Source: Acidimicrobiia bacterium (GTDB lineage Bacteria > Actinomycetota > Acidimicrobiia > Spongiisociales > Spongiisociaceae). Taken from it: 64,000 nucleotides of DNA. The number at the start of each line of letters is the position of its first letter. Within the stretch, counting starts at the first letter, position 1. The translations under genes were made by a program, and so were the position numbers. This document shows, piece by piece, positions 42,151 through 52,448 of this stretch. Under the pieces are notes generated by a model. It did not search any database. It saw only the letters and a program-made list of their open reading frames with translations, and had not been told where the DNA came from. Location: contig JBFGLM010000025.1 of the NCBI GenBank assembly GCA_041576165.1, forward strand, positions 10,060 to 74,059. The letters are read 5' to 3'.

Positions 42151-42797
42151 CGCGAGTGATCGTCGTGGACGACGCGCCGCTCTTCCAAGCGGGAATAGCG
42201 GCTGCGCTCGAGAACGCCGGCTTCGAAGTCGTCGGCCAGGCTGACGACGCCATGCGGGCCGTGGCGGAATCGAAGCGCCTGCAGCCGGACGTTGTCGTCC
42301 TCGACGTCCTCATGCCAGGCCTCTCGGGACTCGACGTCGTCGACAAGATCGTCGACGCGGTGCCGCACACCAAGGTCGTATTGCTCACGGCGTCCGAATC
42401 GGAAGAAGATCTGTTGTCTGCGATCAAGTCAGGTGCCTCCGGATACGTGGTCAAGGAGACCCCACTTCCGCAGCTCGTGGCAGCGATCGAAGACGTGATC
42501 AAGGGGGGAGCGGTGATTTCGCCGCTCATGGCGTCCAAACTGTTCAGGAATGTGCGCCAACTGCTTCGACATCGCGACATCGTCGCCGGGCGGCGTCCGA
42601 CGCTGACCGGGCGCGAGGTCGAGGTGTTGCAGCTGGTCGCCCAGGGGATGACCAGCCGTGAAATCGGAGAGAAGCTCTTCATCTCCGAAAACACCGTGAA
42701 GAACCACGTGCGTAACATCCTCGACAAGCTCGGCCTCCACTCCCGGAGTGAAGCGGTGATGTACGCGCTCCGGGAGGAACTGATCTCCATCGACTGA
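42147..42797 (+). CDS. NarL/LuxR-family response regulator
   Basis: VVDD, LDVLMP, GYVVK, LTGREVEVL, TVKNHVRNIL. Confidence 0.93.
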   Translation: MTRVIVVDDAPLFQAGIAAALENAGFEVVGQADDAMRAVAESKRLQPDVVVLDVLMPGLSGLDVVDKIVDAVPHTKVVLLTASESEEDLLSAIKSGASGYVVKETPLPQLVAAIEDVIKGGAVISPLMASKLFRNVRQLLRHRDIVAGRRPTLTGREVEVLQLVAQGMTSREIGEKLFISENTVKNHVRNILDKLGLHSRSEAVMYALREELISID

Positions 42798-44680
42798 TGT
42801 CGGCGACGACCGAGGCCGCGGCCGCGGTGGTCGATGCACTAGGTGCAGCTTGGTCGATCCATGCGCTCTACCCGGATCCCCTCGAACAGCCGGCGTTTGT
42901 CAGGTCCGTGGACGCAATCAGAGAGGTTGCCGGTGAGGCGTTCATCGTCAACGTCACGCCCGCGGGATTCTTCCACGACGGTGAGCCGCTCGAGGATGTC
43001 CGGGGCAGCGCCGGCCGCCTCGCCAAGCGGCTGTTCGTGCAGAATGTGGACACGCTCGAGGTCACGGGCATGCCCACCGAGCGGGATGTCGTCCGCTTCT
43101 TCGATCTGCTGGCCCGCGATGAGCAGGATGTAACCGCCGGCGGAGGCGTCGGGGCGGCCCTCGCCCGGGATGGAGTCACCTCCTTCGCGGTGAGCGACCG
43201 GGCGCCGCTGGCCGAATCGACCGAACTGAGCGGCACCGAACGGGACGAAAAGGTCGACTCGATCCTTGCCCAGGGCAGCGACCCCGAGGCCTTCGCAGCA
43301 GACCTCACGGCCCAGGGTGGAGGCGACCCGGCCACCGTCGCCAAGCTGGTGCACAGCAGCTACATCGAGATCATGGGATTGATCGACCCGGAAGACGTCG
43401 CCGGCGGGGAAGCTGCAGTCAAAGCCTTCGTCGAAGCGTTCTTCCACTTCGACGAGCCGATCCAGCAGGCAGTCCTGGAGCAGTTCCTGCAGGAGCACTC
43501 ATCTCCGGTCGTACGGCCGTTCCTCGACCAGTTCGCCAGCCACGAGCTGGTGGAGTTCGCGCAGCAGCTCGACCCACAAGGCTTTTCGCTGCTCATGAGC
43601 TATGCGGAGATCGTCACCGACCCCGAAGCCGACGGCCGCTCGCAGGATCTGCTCTCACTGCTCCAAGCACCCCAGCGGGTGAATACGGCGAGGCAGGCGA
43701 TTGCCAGCCAGATCGAGAGCCGCTTCGGGACTTTCGACGACCGTCCGCAACGGGTCGACGTCGCCATCCCGGACCCCGGCCGCTTCTTCTTCACAGTGCT
43801 CGATGCCTTCCGGGATCTGCTCGATGTAGAAGAACGACCGGAGAGATTCCGCCGGGTCCTCCGCATCTGGTCGGGAAAAGTCAAGAGCGCGATACGCCGG
43901 CAGGAGATCAGACGGGCCGAGCTGTGGCTGCGAGCGATCAGCGACAACCCGACCTACGAACGCCACTGGCAGGCGGATGTCGACCGGGCCGTCGAATCCA
44001 CGATCACCGACGAGTTGTTACGCCAGCTCTTGGCGACCAGGGACGCCAACGAGTTGCTGGCGGCCGACGTCGATCGGTTCGTGCAGGTGGCGGGCGATGC
44101 TGCCGTCCGACCGCTGATCACGATACTGGCAGAAGGAGACGCCGCATCGCGACGCCCCGTGATGGAACTGCTGGCGATGGTGGCGCCTCGGCATCCCGAG
44201 CCCATTGTGAGTTCGGCCCGTGAGGCGCCGTGGTACCTCGCCCGCAATCTGGCCAGCGTGCTGCGGCGCGCCAAAGTCGAGGCGGCGGCTTCCTTGATGC
44301 GGGAGCTGATCGTTCATGCCGATGAACGAGTGCGGGTCGAGGCCGTTCGGGGCCTTGCGGTCCTGGGAACGCCCACCGACCTCGAGCTGATCGCCGATCG
44401 CCTGGCCGACGAGGACGATGCTGTTCGCTCCACCGCCCTCACCGTGCTCGGCACCAGCTCGCATGAAGGCGCCGAGGAGATTCTGGTCGAGTCCATTTCA
44501 TCCTCGAAGCTCAGCACCGCGCAGCGGGCGCGGGCGATCGAGCTTCTCGGCCGTCAGCCCACGGACGAGACGCGAGCTTTGCTGGAACGACTGGCCCACC
44601 GTCGCATTGCGTTGACAGGCACTGCGCGCCAGATCCGGACCGCAGCACGAAGAGCCCTAGGGGAAGGCGCAAAGACATGA
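42797..44680 (+). CDS. HEAT-repeat protein with unnamed N-terminal domain
   Basis: PWYLARN, DERVRVEAVRGL, DEDDAVRSTAL; translationally coupled to neighbours. Confidence 0.8.
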   Translation: MSATTEAAAAVVDALGAAWSIHALYPDPLEQPAFVRSVDAIREVAGEAFIVNVTPAGFFHDGEPLEDVRGSAGRLAKRLFVQNVDTLEVTGMPTERDVVRFFDLLARDEQDVTAGGGVGAALARDGVTSFAVSDRAPLAESTELSGTERDEKVDSILAQGSDPEAFAADLTAQGGGDPATVAKLVHSSYIEIMGLIDPEDVAGGEAAVKAFVEAFFHFDEPIQQAVLEQFLQEHSSPVVRPFLDQFASHELVEFAQQLDPQGFSLLMSYAEIVTDPEADGRSQDLLSLLQAPQRVNTARQAIASQIESRFGTFDDRPQRVDVAIPDPGRFFFTVLDAFRDLLDVEERPERFRRVLRIWSGKVKSAIRRQEIRRAELWLRAISDNPTYERHWQADVDRAVESTITDELLRQLLATRDANELLAADVDRFVQVAGDAAVRPLITILAEGDAASRRPVMELLAMVAPRHPEPIVSSAREAPWYLARNLASVLRRAKVEAAASLMRELIVHADERVRVEAVRGLAVLGTPTDLELIADRLADEDDAVRSTALTVLGTSSHEGAEEILVESISSSKLSTAQRARAIELLGRQPTDETRALLERLAHRRIALTGTARQIRTAARRALGEGAKT

Positions 44681-46011
44681 GTGAGCCGCTGATCAAACAG
44701 ACGCTGGCCGGTTTACGCGGCGCAGTGACGCAGCTGGCCTTGTATCCGGCAGAGCATCCGGCCGTGGAGGGGTCCATCGAACGGGCCGCATTTGCGGCGT
44801 CCAGCTTGGTGGAGCACGCCGGAGAGACGGTGCTCACGATCATGGGCGACTCGCTTTACCACGACCAGCGCCTCCTGGCGCACACCTCGCTGGAGTTCAA
44901 CGGGTTCTTCCGAACCATGCAGGCACGGGGAATCGACTCGCTCACCTTTGACGGATTCGTTTCCCGGGCCGACGTGCGAGACCTTGCCGAATTCCTGGCA
45001 GGACGCATATCCGATGTCCCGGCGGAGGGGACAATCCGGCTGAACGACTCACCCTTCACCAGCGCCGAGCTGACGGCGAGCGGTGAGATCTCAGGTTTGC
45101 GGCGCAACTACGCCCGGTCACTCGATGTTCTGCGTGGGATAGGTCAAGCGATGCGCGGCGGCCAGGATTTCGACTTGAGCGGCGCCACCATGATCGTCGA
45201 ACAACTGGTCGAACAGACGATCTCCCAGCCGGGAGCCAGCGTGCTGCTGGCGTCGATGAAGTCGCACGACGAGTACACCTTCTATCACTCCGTCAACGTC
45301 TGCATCCTTGCGATTGCGCTCGGCCGGAGGGTGGGGCTCGACGAGCAAACCATCGGCACGATGGCGCTGGGTGCGTTGCTGCACGACATTGGCAAGCTAA
45401 GGGTCGCGTCGTCGATACTGCAGTACCCCGGCCGGTTGGACGCCGAACAGTGGGCCGAGATCAAACTCCATCCCCAAGAGGGAGCCACTGCCATCCTGGC
45501 CGCCGCCGCTCCGGGACAGGAAGTGGCAGCGATCGTCGCGCTCGAACACCATCGCCGGTTCGATGGCGCGGGCTACCCCGTCCCGTCAAGGGTGCGCGAA
45601 CAGCATTTGTTTTCTCGGGTTGTCACCGCCGCGGACGTCTACGACGCCTTGACCACCCGCCGGTCATACCGGCGGGCGGACACACCTCACCAGGCGATCG
45701 AAGTGCTCCGCCAGGGAGCCGGTGGCCACTTCGATCCGATCATGGTGGACCAATTCATCGGTTTTACGGGCGTATACCCTCCGGGATCGTTTCTTCGTCT
45801 CGAGGATGGGCGGGTGGCGATGGTCACGGTGAACGTCGCCGGAGAACAGCCGGAAGGATTGGTCGTGCGAACGTCGACGGGAGAGGAGCTGGCCGACCCC
45901 GAACCCGTGCGCATCGACCTCGACCGGCCGTTCACCCACCTCACCGTGGCGGAGGCCGGCATCGACCCTGCCTCCCTGCTCGAAACCGTAGCCGCCGCGC
46001 CGGTCGCCTAG
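44677..46011 (+). CDS. HD-GYP cyclic di-nucleotide phosphodiesterase
   Basis: HDEYTFYHSVNV, HDIGK, HHRRFDGAGYP, ADVYDAL, RSYR. Confidence 0.92.
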   Translation: MSEPLIKQTLAGLRGAVTQLALYPAEHPAVEGSIERAAFAASSLVEHAGETVLTIMGDSLYHDQRLLAHTSLEFNGFFRTMQARGIDSLTFDGFVSRADVRDLAEFLAGRISDVPAEGTIRLNDSPFTSAELTASGEISGLRRNYARSLDVLRGIGQAMRGGQDFDLSGATMIVEQLVEQTISQPGASVLLASMKSHDEYTFYHSVNVCILAIALGRRVGLDEQTIGTMALGALLHDIGKLRVASSILQYPGRLDAEQWAEIKLHPQEGATAILAAAAPGQEVAAIVALEHHRRFDGAGYPVPSRVREQHLFSRVVTAADVYDALTTRRSYRRADTPHQAIEVLRQGAGGHFDPIMVDQFIGFTGVYPPGSFLRLEDGRVAMVTVNVAGEQPEGLVVRTSTGEELADPEPVRIDLDRPFTHLTVAEAGIDPASLLETVAAAPVA

Positions 46012-46079
46012 GTCCTGGTCAATGGTCCGGCTGAGACCCGGGCTTCACTAAGTCCCGGTACAGATAGGATGACCCCACC

Positions 46080-48731
46080 ATGTCGCTAGTCAAGAAGGTC
46101 TTCGGGGCGGGTGAAACCAAGCTGATGAAAAACCTCGCGGCTGTTGTCGACGAGGTGAACGCGCTCGAAGCGTCGATTCAGCCGCTCACCGACGGGCAAC
46201 TCCGTGCGAAGACCGAAGAATTCCGCAAACGCCTGGCTGATGGCGAGACACTGGAAGACATCTTGCCGGAGGCTTTCGCCGTCGTTCGGGAAACCGCCAC
46301 GCGGGTGCTGGGACAGCGGCACTACGACGTGCAGGTGCTGGGGGCGGTGGCTCTTCATCGCGGGATGATCGCCGAGATGCGGACCGGTGAGGGAAAGACC
46401 CTCGTGTCCACCATGCCCGTCTACCTCAATGCGCTGGCGGGCCGCGGCGTCCACATTGTGACCGTGAACGACTACCTGGCATCTCGCGATGCGGATTGGA
46501 TGGGAGGGATCCACCGCTTTCTTGGGCTGACGGTGGGACTCATTCAGGCTGGTGACGACCCCCGGGCACGCCGACCGGCCTACGAGGCGGACGTCACCTA
46601 CGGAACCAACAACGAGTTTGGCTTCGACTATCTGCGCGACAACATGGCGATGCGGACCGAAGATCTGGTGCAGCGTGGTCATCACTACGCCATAGTCGAC
46701 GAGGTCGACTCGATCCTCGTCGATGAGGCCCGCACGCCGCTCATCATCTCCGGCCGGGTTGGGGATACCGCCAAGTGGTATCGCGACTTCGCCAAGATCG
46801 TCAACCGTCTGCGCAGAGACGATCACTACATCGTCGACGAGGCCAAACGCCAGGTCCTCACTACCGAGGATGGCGTTGGTCGGGTCGAAGAGATCTTGGG
46901 CATCGAGAACATGTACGACCATGCGGCGGTTGACTTCGTCCATCACCTCGAGCAAGCGTTGCGGGCAAAAGAGCTCTACCAGGACGACGTCGAGTACATC
47001 GTCGACCACGGCGAGGTCAAGATCGTCGACGAGTTCACCGGACGTGTCCTGGAAGGACGGCGCTATTCGGAGGGTCTCCACCAGGCGATCGAGGCGAAGG
47101 AAAACGTCCAGATCAAAGAGGAGAACCAGACCCTCGCCACGATCACGTTGCAGAACTACTTCCGGATGTACGAGAAGCTGGCGGGCATGACGGGAACCGC
47201 CCTCACTGAGGCAGCCGAGTTTTCTCAGATCTACGGCCTCGAGGTTGTCGAAGTTCCCACCAACCAACCCATAGCTCGAGTTGACCAGCCGGACGTCGTC
47301 TACAAGACCGAGGACGCCAAGTTCGACTCGCTGGTAGAGGACATCGTCGAGCGCTATGAGAACAACCAGCCGGTGCTGGTCGGCACAGTCTCAATCGAGA
47401 AGTCTGAGAAGTTGAGCAACATCCTGCGCCGGCGGGGAATACGACATGAGGTGCTCAACGCCAAGCAGCACTTCCGGGAAGCCGACATCATCGCCCAGGC
47501 CGGCCGCCCCGGGGCGGTGACCGTCGCGACGAACATGGCGGGCCGCGGTGTGGACATCGCGTTGGGCGGCAACGAGGATGGCTTGGCCAAGGCCGAGCTG
47601 AAGAAGCGTGGCCTTTCGCCCGACGACGACGGGTATGAGCAGGAGTTCCAGGCGTTCGTGCAGGAACTCGAAGCCGAGATCGCACCCGCCCGCCAGCAAG
47701 TGATTGCTGCGGGCGGGCTCTACGTGCTCGGTACGGAGCGCCATGAGAGCCGGCGCATCGACAACCAGCTGCGGGGACGTTCGGGCCGCCAAGGCGACCC
47801 CGGTGAGTCGCGGTTCTACCTATCGCTCGAAGACGAGTTGATGCGGCGGTTCGCTTCGGAGCGCGTTGAGGCGATCATGGATCGTCTCCGCATCCCCGAC
47901 GATGTGCCGATCGAGGCCAAGATGGTCTCCAAGGCAATCGAGCGGGCGCAGTCCCAGGTCGAATCCCGCAACTTCGAGATCCGCAAGAACGTTCTCAAAT
48001 ATGACGAGGTGATGAACCGCCAGCGTGAGGTGATCTACGCCTGGCGCAACGGAATCTTGCGGTCGGCCGAGAGCCGCGAGTTGGTAATGGAGTGGATCGA
48101 CCAGGCGATTCCCGACGCCGTCTACGCGGTGATACCGGAAGGCGCGGCGCCTTCCACCTGGGATTGGGAGGAGATCCGCCAAGAGCTCTCTCAGATATTC
48201 CCCACCCATCTGGGACCGGATTCGGTGGACGCTTCGGCTGGCCTATCAGCCGAAGCCCTGGCCGGGGCCGCGGTCGAAGAAGCAGTCACGGTCTACGAGA
48301 AGCGCGAGGCAGAGTTCGGCGCAGAAGTACTACGGGCCATCGAGCGCCGCATCATCCTTTCGATCATTGACAACAAATGGCGTGAGCACCTTGCGGAGAT
48401 GGACTATTTGCGGTCCGGTATCGGGCTGCGAGCGATGGGACAGCGCGACCCGCTCACCGAGTATCAGCGAGAGGGCTATGAGATGTTCTCGGAGCTGGTC
48501 GCCAGCGTGAAGCGCGACGCGCTCCGTTACTTGTTCCATGTCGAGGTGACGCAGGCGCCGGCGCAGCCGCAGCGACCAACGGTGGTGACCGCCAGCGGTA
48601 GTGGTCAAACCAAACGCCAGGCCCAATCGAACAAAGTCGGACGCAATGCTCCCTGTCCGTGCGGCTCGGGCCTGAAAGCCAAGAAGTGTTCCAACACACC
48701 AACGTGTCTGGGCAGCGACAAGGTTTCTTGA
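46080..48731 (+). CDS. secA: Preprotein translocase subunit SecA
   Basis: [35 protein letters not shown] motif. Confidence 0.98.
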   Translation: MSLVKKVFGAGETKLMKNLAAVVDEVNALEASIQPLTDGQLRAKTEEFRKRLADGETLEDILPEAFAVVRETATRVLGQRHYDVQVLGAVALHRGMIAEMRTGEGKTLVSTMPVYLNALAGRGVHIVTVNDYLASRDADWMGGIHRFLGLTVGLIQAGDDPRARRPAYEADVTYGTNNEFGFDYLRDNMAMRTEDLVQRGHHYAIVDEVDSILVDEARTPLIISGRVGDTAKWYRDFAKIVNRLRRDDHYIVDEAKRQVLTTEDGVGRVEEILGIENMYDHAAVDFVHHLEQALRAKELYQDDVEYIVDHGEVKIVDEFTGRVLEGRRYSEGLHQAIEAKENVQIKEENQTLATITLQNYFRMYEKLAGMTGTALTEAAEFSQIYGLEVVEVPTNQPIARVDQPDVVYKTEDAKFDSLVEDIVERYENNQPVLVGTVSIEKSEKLSNILRRRGIRHEVLNAKQHFREADIIAQAGRPGAVTVATNMAGRGVDIALGGNEDGLAKAELKKRGLSPDDDGYEQEFQAFVQELEAEIAPARQQVIAAGGLYVLGTERHESRRIDNQLRGRSGRQGDPGESRFYLSLEDELMRRFASERVEAIMDRLRIPDDVPIEAKMVSKAIERAQSQVESRNFEIRKNVLKYDEVMNRQREVIYAWRNGILRSAESRELVMEWIDQAIPDAVYAVIPEGAAPSTWDWEEIRQELSQIFPTHLGPDSVDASAGLSAEALAGAAVEEAVTVYEKREAEFGAEVLRAIERRIILSIIDNKWREHLAEMDYLRSGIGLRAMGQRDPLTEYQREGYEMFSELVASVKRDALRYLFHVEVTQAPAQPQRPTVVTASGSGQTKRQAQSNKVGRNAPCPCGSGLKAKKCSNTPTCLGSDKVS

Positions 48732-48868
48732 ATCCGGCCTGCGCCGCATTCTGGAGCGCGCGCTAAATTGGACGGGTGCGGGACAAAATGTCCGCCGCGC
48801 CTGGCGCGGCGGTGCCTTCGGAGGCGTCTATCCGGATCTGGTGCAGCGCATCACGGGACGCCCTTCCT

Positions 48869-49216
48869 GTGGTCGATGACGAAACGTTCGAGGCGCTCGT
48901 TGACGCCCTGGGTGAGCCTGATGCCGTTGCATCGGTATTGCGGATGTACTTGGCAGACCTGCCTGGTTTCGTCGGCACGATCAGATCCGTAGCACCTGAT
49001 GTGCACGAGGAGGCCCGGGCGGCCGCCCATCGCCTCAAGGGGAACGCAGGGATGCTGGGTGCGCTGGCGCTCTCCGACGCCTGCCGCAGGTTCGAGACGG
49101 CCATCCGAGATCGAGAATTCGAATCGTTACCGGCGTTGAGCGCCGAGGTCTTGGAGGCGTCTGAAGCCGTCGCCGAATGGGTGCGGCAACGCCTCGGCCA
49201 GGGACGGGCCCGCTAG
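48869..49216 (+). CDS. Stand-alone Hpt domain protein
   Basis: AAHRLKGNAGMLGA..L..C..E; start uncertain (48788 or 48869). Confidence 0.8.
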   Translation: MVDDETFEALVDALGEPDAVASVLRMYLADLPGFVGTIRSVAPDVHEEARAAAHRLKGNAGMLGALALSDACRRFETAIRDREFESLPALSAEVLEASEAVAEWVRQRLGQGRAR

Positions 49217-49328
49217 CGACGGGTTGGGCGGCCGCCGAGCCTGGAGCCCTGCGGGTGTCGGCACCGGTTCGAGGTTGTACAGCTGAGTCCCGCGAAGGTC
49301 GTGCCACGGTCCGCTACCCTGACGGCGT

Positions 49329-50451
49329 ATGCACCACGAGGATCCCCGCGCCGTCATCAAAGATCTCCGGGTACGGCTCAGCGATGCCAGGAGGTTCCTT
49401 TGACGTCGATGCCAAAGAAACGGAACTAGCCGAGCTTCGCGAGCTCGCGGCAGATCCCGGGCTGTGGGACGATCCGGAAAGAGCCACTGACATCACGCGC
49501 AAGCTGTCGCGTTATGCAGACATCGTGTCCCGGGTCGGCCGGCTCGCCGCCACCCTCGACGACGCCGAAGTCCTGTTGGATTTGGCCGACGAGGAGAGCG
49601 ATGCAGAGACCCGGTCAGAGGTGGTCGAGAGTCTGAGCGAAACCGACCGCGAATTGCAGGCCGTTGAGATCGAGTCCTTGTACTTCGGCGAGTACGACGA
49701 CCGCCCGGCCATCGTGAGTGTGCATGCCGGGGCCGGCGGTGTGGACGCGCAAGACTGGGCCGAGATGATGTGGCGGATGTACACCCGATACTTCGACGGC
49801 GAAGGCCTCCGCTACGAGATCGATGAAGTGTCCCCGGGGGAGGAGGCCGGTATCAAGTCGGTCACCATGACCGTCGACGGTCCGTACGCCTACGGCCGCC
49901 TCGAGGGCGAGCGAGGGGTTCACCGCCTCGTACGGATCAGTCCGTTCGATGCCAATGCCCGCCGCCATACCTCGTTCGCGGCGGTCGACGTGATCCCGCA
50001 GGTGGATGATGCCGAGATCGAGATCAACACGGATGAGCTGCGGATCGACACGTTCCGCTCCCAGGGTGCCGGTGGCCAGCATGTCAACACCACCGACTCG
50101 GCGGTACGGATCACGCACCTGCCCACCGGGGTAGTGGTGGCATGCCAGGCGGAGCGTTCCCAGATCCAGAACCGAGCCCGAGCCATGACGATGCTCAGAG
50201 CAAAGCTGGCCGACCTGGCCCGTCACGAGCGCCAGCGCGAGTTGGACGAGATACGGGGGGAGCAGAACGAGGCAGCCTGGGGCCGTCAGATTCGCTCATA
50301 CGTGCTGCAGCCCTACCAGATGGTCAAGGACCTGCGCACCGACTTCGAGGTCGGCAACGTGCAGGCTGTCCTGGACGGCGCGATTGGTCCCTTCAGCGAG
50401 TCATACCTACAGTGGCGGCGCGCACGCCGCGAACAGGCCGGCGCTGCGTGA
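49329..50451 (+). CDS. prfB: Peptide chain release factor 2 (+1 programmed frameshift)
   Basis: SPF and GGQ motifs; ATG 49329 in frame with AGGAGG-TTC-CTT-TGA-C at 49389-49404. Confidence 0.96.
49389..49404 (+). promoter_or_regulatory. RF2 autoregulatory +1 frameshift site
   Basis: Internal SD AGGAGG, 3-nt spacer, CTT TGA C. Confidence 0.93.
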
Positions 50452-50857
50452 CTCGACCGGCGGAGCTGACAGCTCACTTGGGCGTCATCTCGGGCGATGA
50501 ACACCCGATCGGGCGCGAGCTCCTAGACGTCGCACTGGCCGGACAAAGCTTTGGATGACCTACCGAGGTCGGTAACCTCTGCGGCACGTCGGGAACCCAC
50601 CGGGAGCGGCCGGCGTTGTCCCGAAGTCGCTCATGCCCGGGCGAAATAGGGCAACCAGCGCCCGGGCGGCAGACCGGCCGGCAGGACGACCAGCAGAACC
50701 GTCGGCATCGCGTCGCAGGAACCGCCGGGTGGGCCGGTCGGAGGGTTCGAAGAGCAGGCCGCATTCTGGCGGCACACGAGCGGCACAGAGGGCGGCACGG
50801 ATTGCGGAAGTATCTGATGCAGCACGGACGAAGATTGCACACGGGGTTTCACCGGAC

Positions 50858-51568
50858 ATGATTCGATTACATGATGTCACCAAGGTCTACGGCGGCGGAA
50901 TCGTCGCAGCACGCGACGTGACCCTGGACATTCGCAAAGGCGAGTTTGTATTCCTCGTGGGACCATCGGGTTCGGGCAAATCCACGCTCATCCGGATGTG
51001 CCTGCGCGAGGAGCGGGTCACCAAAGGAACGATCTGGGTGGCCGGCAAGGACATCACCAAATTGCCCAACTGGAAAGTGCCCTACCTGCGGCGGTCGGTG
51101 GGAACCGTGTTCCAGGATTTCAAGTTGCTCCCGAACAAGACGGTGGGCGAGAACGTTGCGTTCGCGCTCGAGGTACTGGGACGCCCCAAGTCGGTGATTC
51201 GGCGACAGGTGGCCCAGGTCCTGGAGCTGGTTGGTCTGGCCACCAAGGCCGATCGATACCCGCGCCAGCTCTCGGGTGGAGAGCAACAGCGTGTTTCCGT
51301 GGCGCGGGCATTTGTCAACCGTCCTCCCATCCTGCTCGCAGACGAACCAACCGGAAACCTCGATCCGGCAACATCGGTCGGCATCATGCGTCTGCTCGAC
51401 CGCATCAACCGCACCGGCACGACCATCGTGATGGCGACCCATGACCATGCGATCGTGGACGCAATGCGGCGTCGCGTCGTGCAGCTGGAACGGGGTCGCG
51501 TGGTCCGGGATGCCCACGAGAGCGGCTACGAGAGCGGCTTCGACTCGGGCGAGGTGGTGAGAAGCTGA
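50858..51568 (+). CDS. ftsE: Cell division ATP-binding protein FtsE
   Basis: [32 protein letters not shown]. Confidence 0.95.
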   Translation: MIRLHDVTKVYGGGIVAARDVTLDIRKGEFVFLVGPSGSGKSTLIRMCLREERVTKGTIWVAGKDITKLPNWKVPYLRRSVGTVFQDFKLLPNKTVGENVAFALEVLGRPKSVIRRQVAQVLELVGLATKADRYPRQLSGGEQQRVSVARAFVNRPPILLADEPTGNLDPATSVGIMRLLDRINRTGTTIVMATHDHAIVDAMRRRVVQLERGRVVRDAHESGYESGFDSGEVVRS

Positions 51569-52440
51569 TGCAGCGGGCGGCGTATCTGATCGGTGAGGCG
51601 TTCACGAGCCTGCGTCGAAACGTCCTCGTGGTGGCGGCTGCTGTGCTGGCTGTGTTCGTGTCCCTGGCGTTGGCGTTCGGCGCGTTGGTCTTCAACGAGC
51701 TGGTACGGCTCAACACGCTGCAGTGGCAGGAGGGCAACCATTTGATCGTCTGGTTGCGCGATGACGTGGGCCAACCCGCCCACCTGGCGATGCTCGAAGA
51801 GGTCGTAGCTTACGACGAGGTCCAGACCGCCCAGTATTTCGACAAGTCGCAAGCCTTCACCGAATTCAAGGAGCTCTTTTCGGACGAGCCGGCGCTCCTC
51901 GAGATCGTCGACCCGGCACTGCTCCCAACCTCGATCCGGATCGAGCTGACCGATATCGATCTGTATGAGGCGGTCCAGTTCCGGCTCCTGGGGGAGCCGG
52001 CCGTTGATTCGATCTCAGTCCAAGCCGACGCAATAGAGCGGCTGCTGAGCGTGACCAGGGTCTTGTCCTCGATCGGTGTCGGACTGGTGCTATTGCTGGG
52101 TGTAGCCGCGATTGTGTTGATTGCCAACACCATACGGATGGCGATATACGCTCGCCGCGAAGAAGTTGGGATCATGAAGCTCGTCGGTGCAGGCAACTGG
52201 TTCATCCGAATCCCGTTTCTGCTGGAAGGGATCATCGAGGGGATCATCGGCGGGACGCTGGCGGTTGGTTCCATCGTGTTGGGCCACTACTTCCTGAGCC
52301 AGGTTCCCACCGATTTCTTCGTGCGATTCCAGGTCAGCACCGATTTCCTGACCCGGTGGGGTGTGCTGATTCTGGCGTTCGGCGGCCTGGCCGGCCTCGT
52401 CGGAAGCAGCCTGGGTCTGCGCCGGTTCCTCAAGGTCTGA
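51568..52440 (+). CDS. ftsX: Cell division permease FtsX
   Basis: NTIRMAIYARREE, MKLVGA, PFLLEG. Confidence 0.93.
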   Translation: MQRAAYLIGEAFTSLRRNVLVVAAAVLAVFVSLALAFGALVFNELVRLNTLQWQEGNHLIVWLRDDVGQPAHLAMLEEVVAYDEVQTAQYFDKSQAFTEFKELFSDEPALLEIVDPALLPTSIRIELTDIDLYEAVQFRLLGEPAVDSISVQADAIERLLSVTRVLSSIGVGLVLLLGVAAIVLIANTIRMAIYARREEVGIMKLVGAGNWFIRIPFLLEGIIEGIIGGTLAVGSIVLGHYFLSQVPTDFFVRFQVSTDFLTRWGVLILAFGGLAGLVGSSLGLRRFLKV

Positions 52441-52448
52441 TCGGGCCG

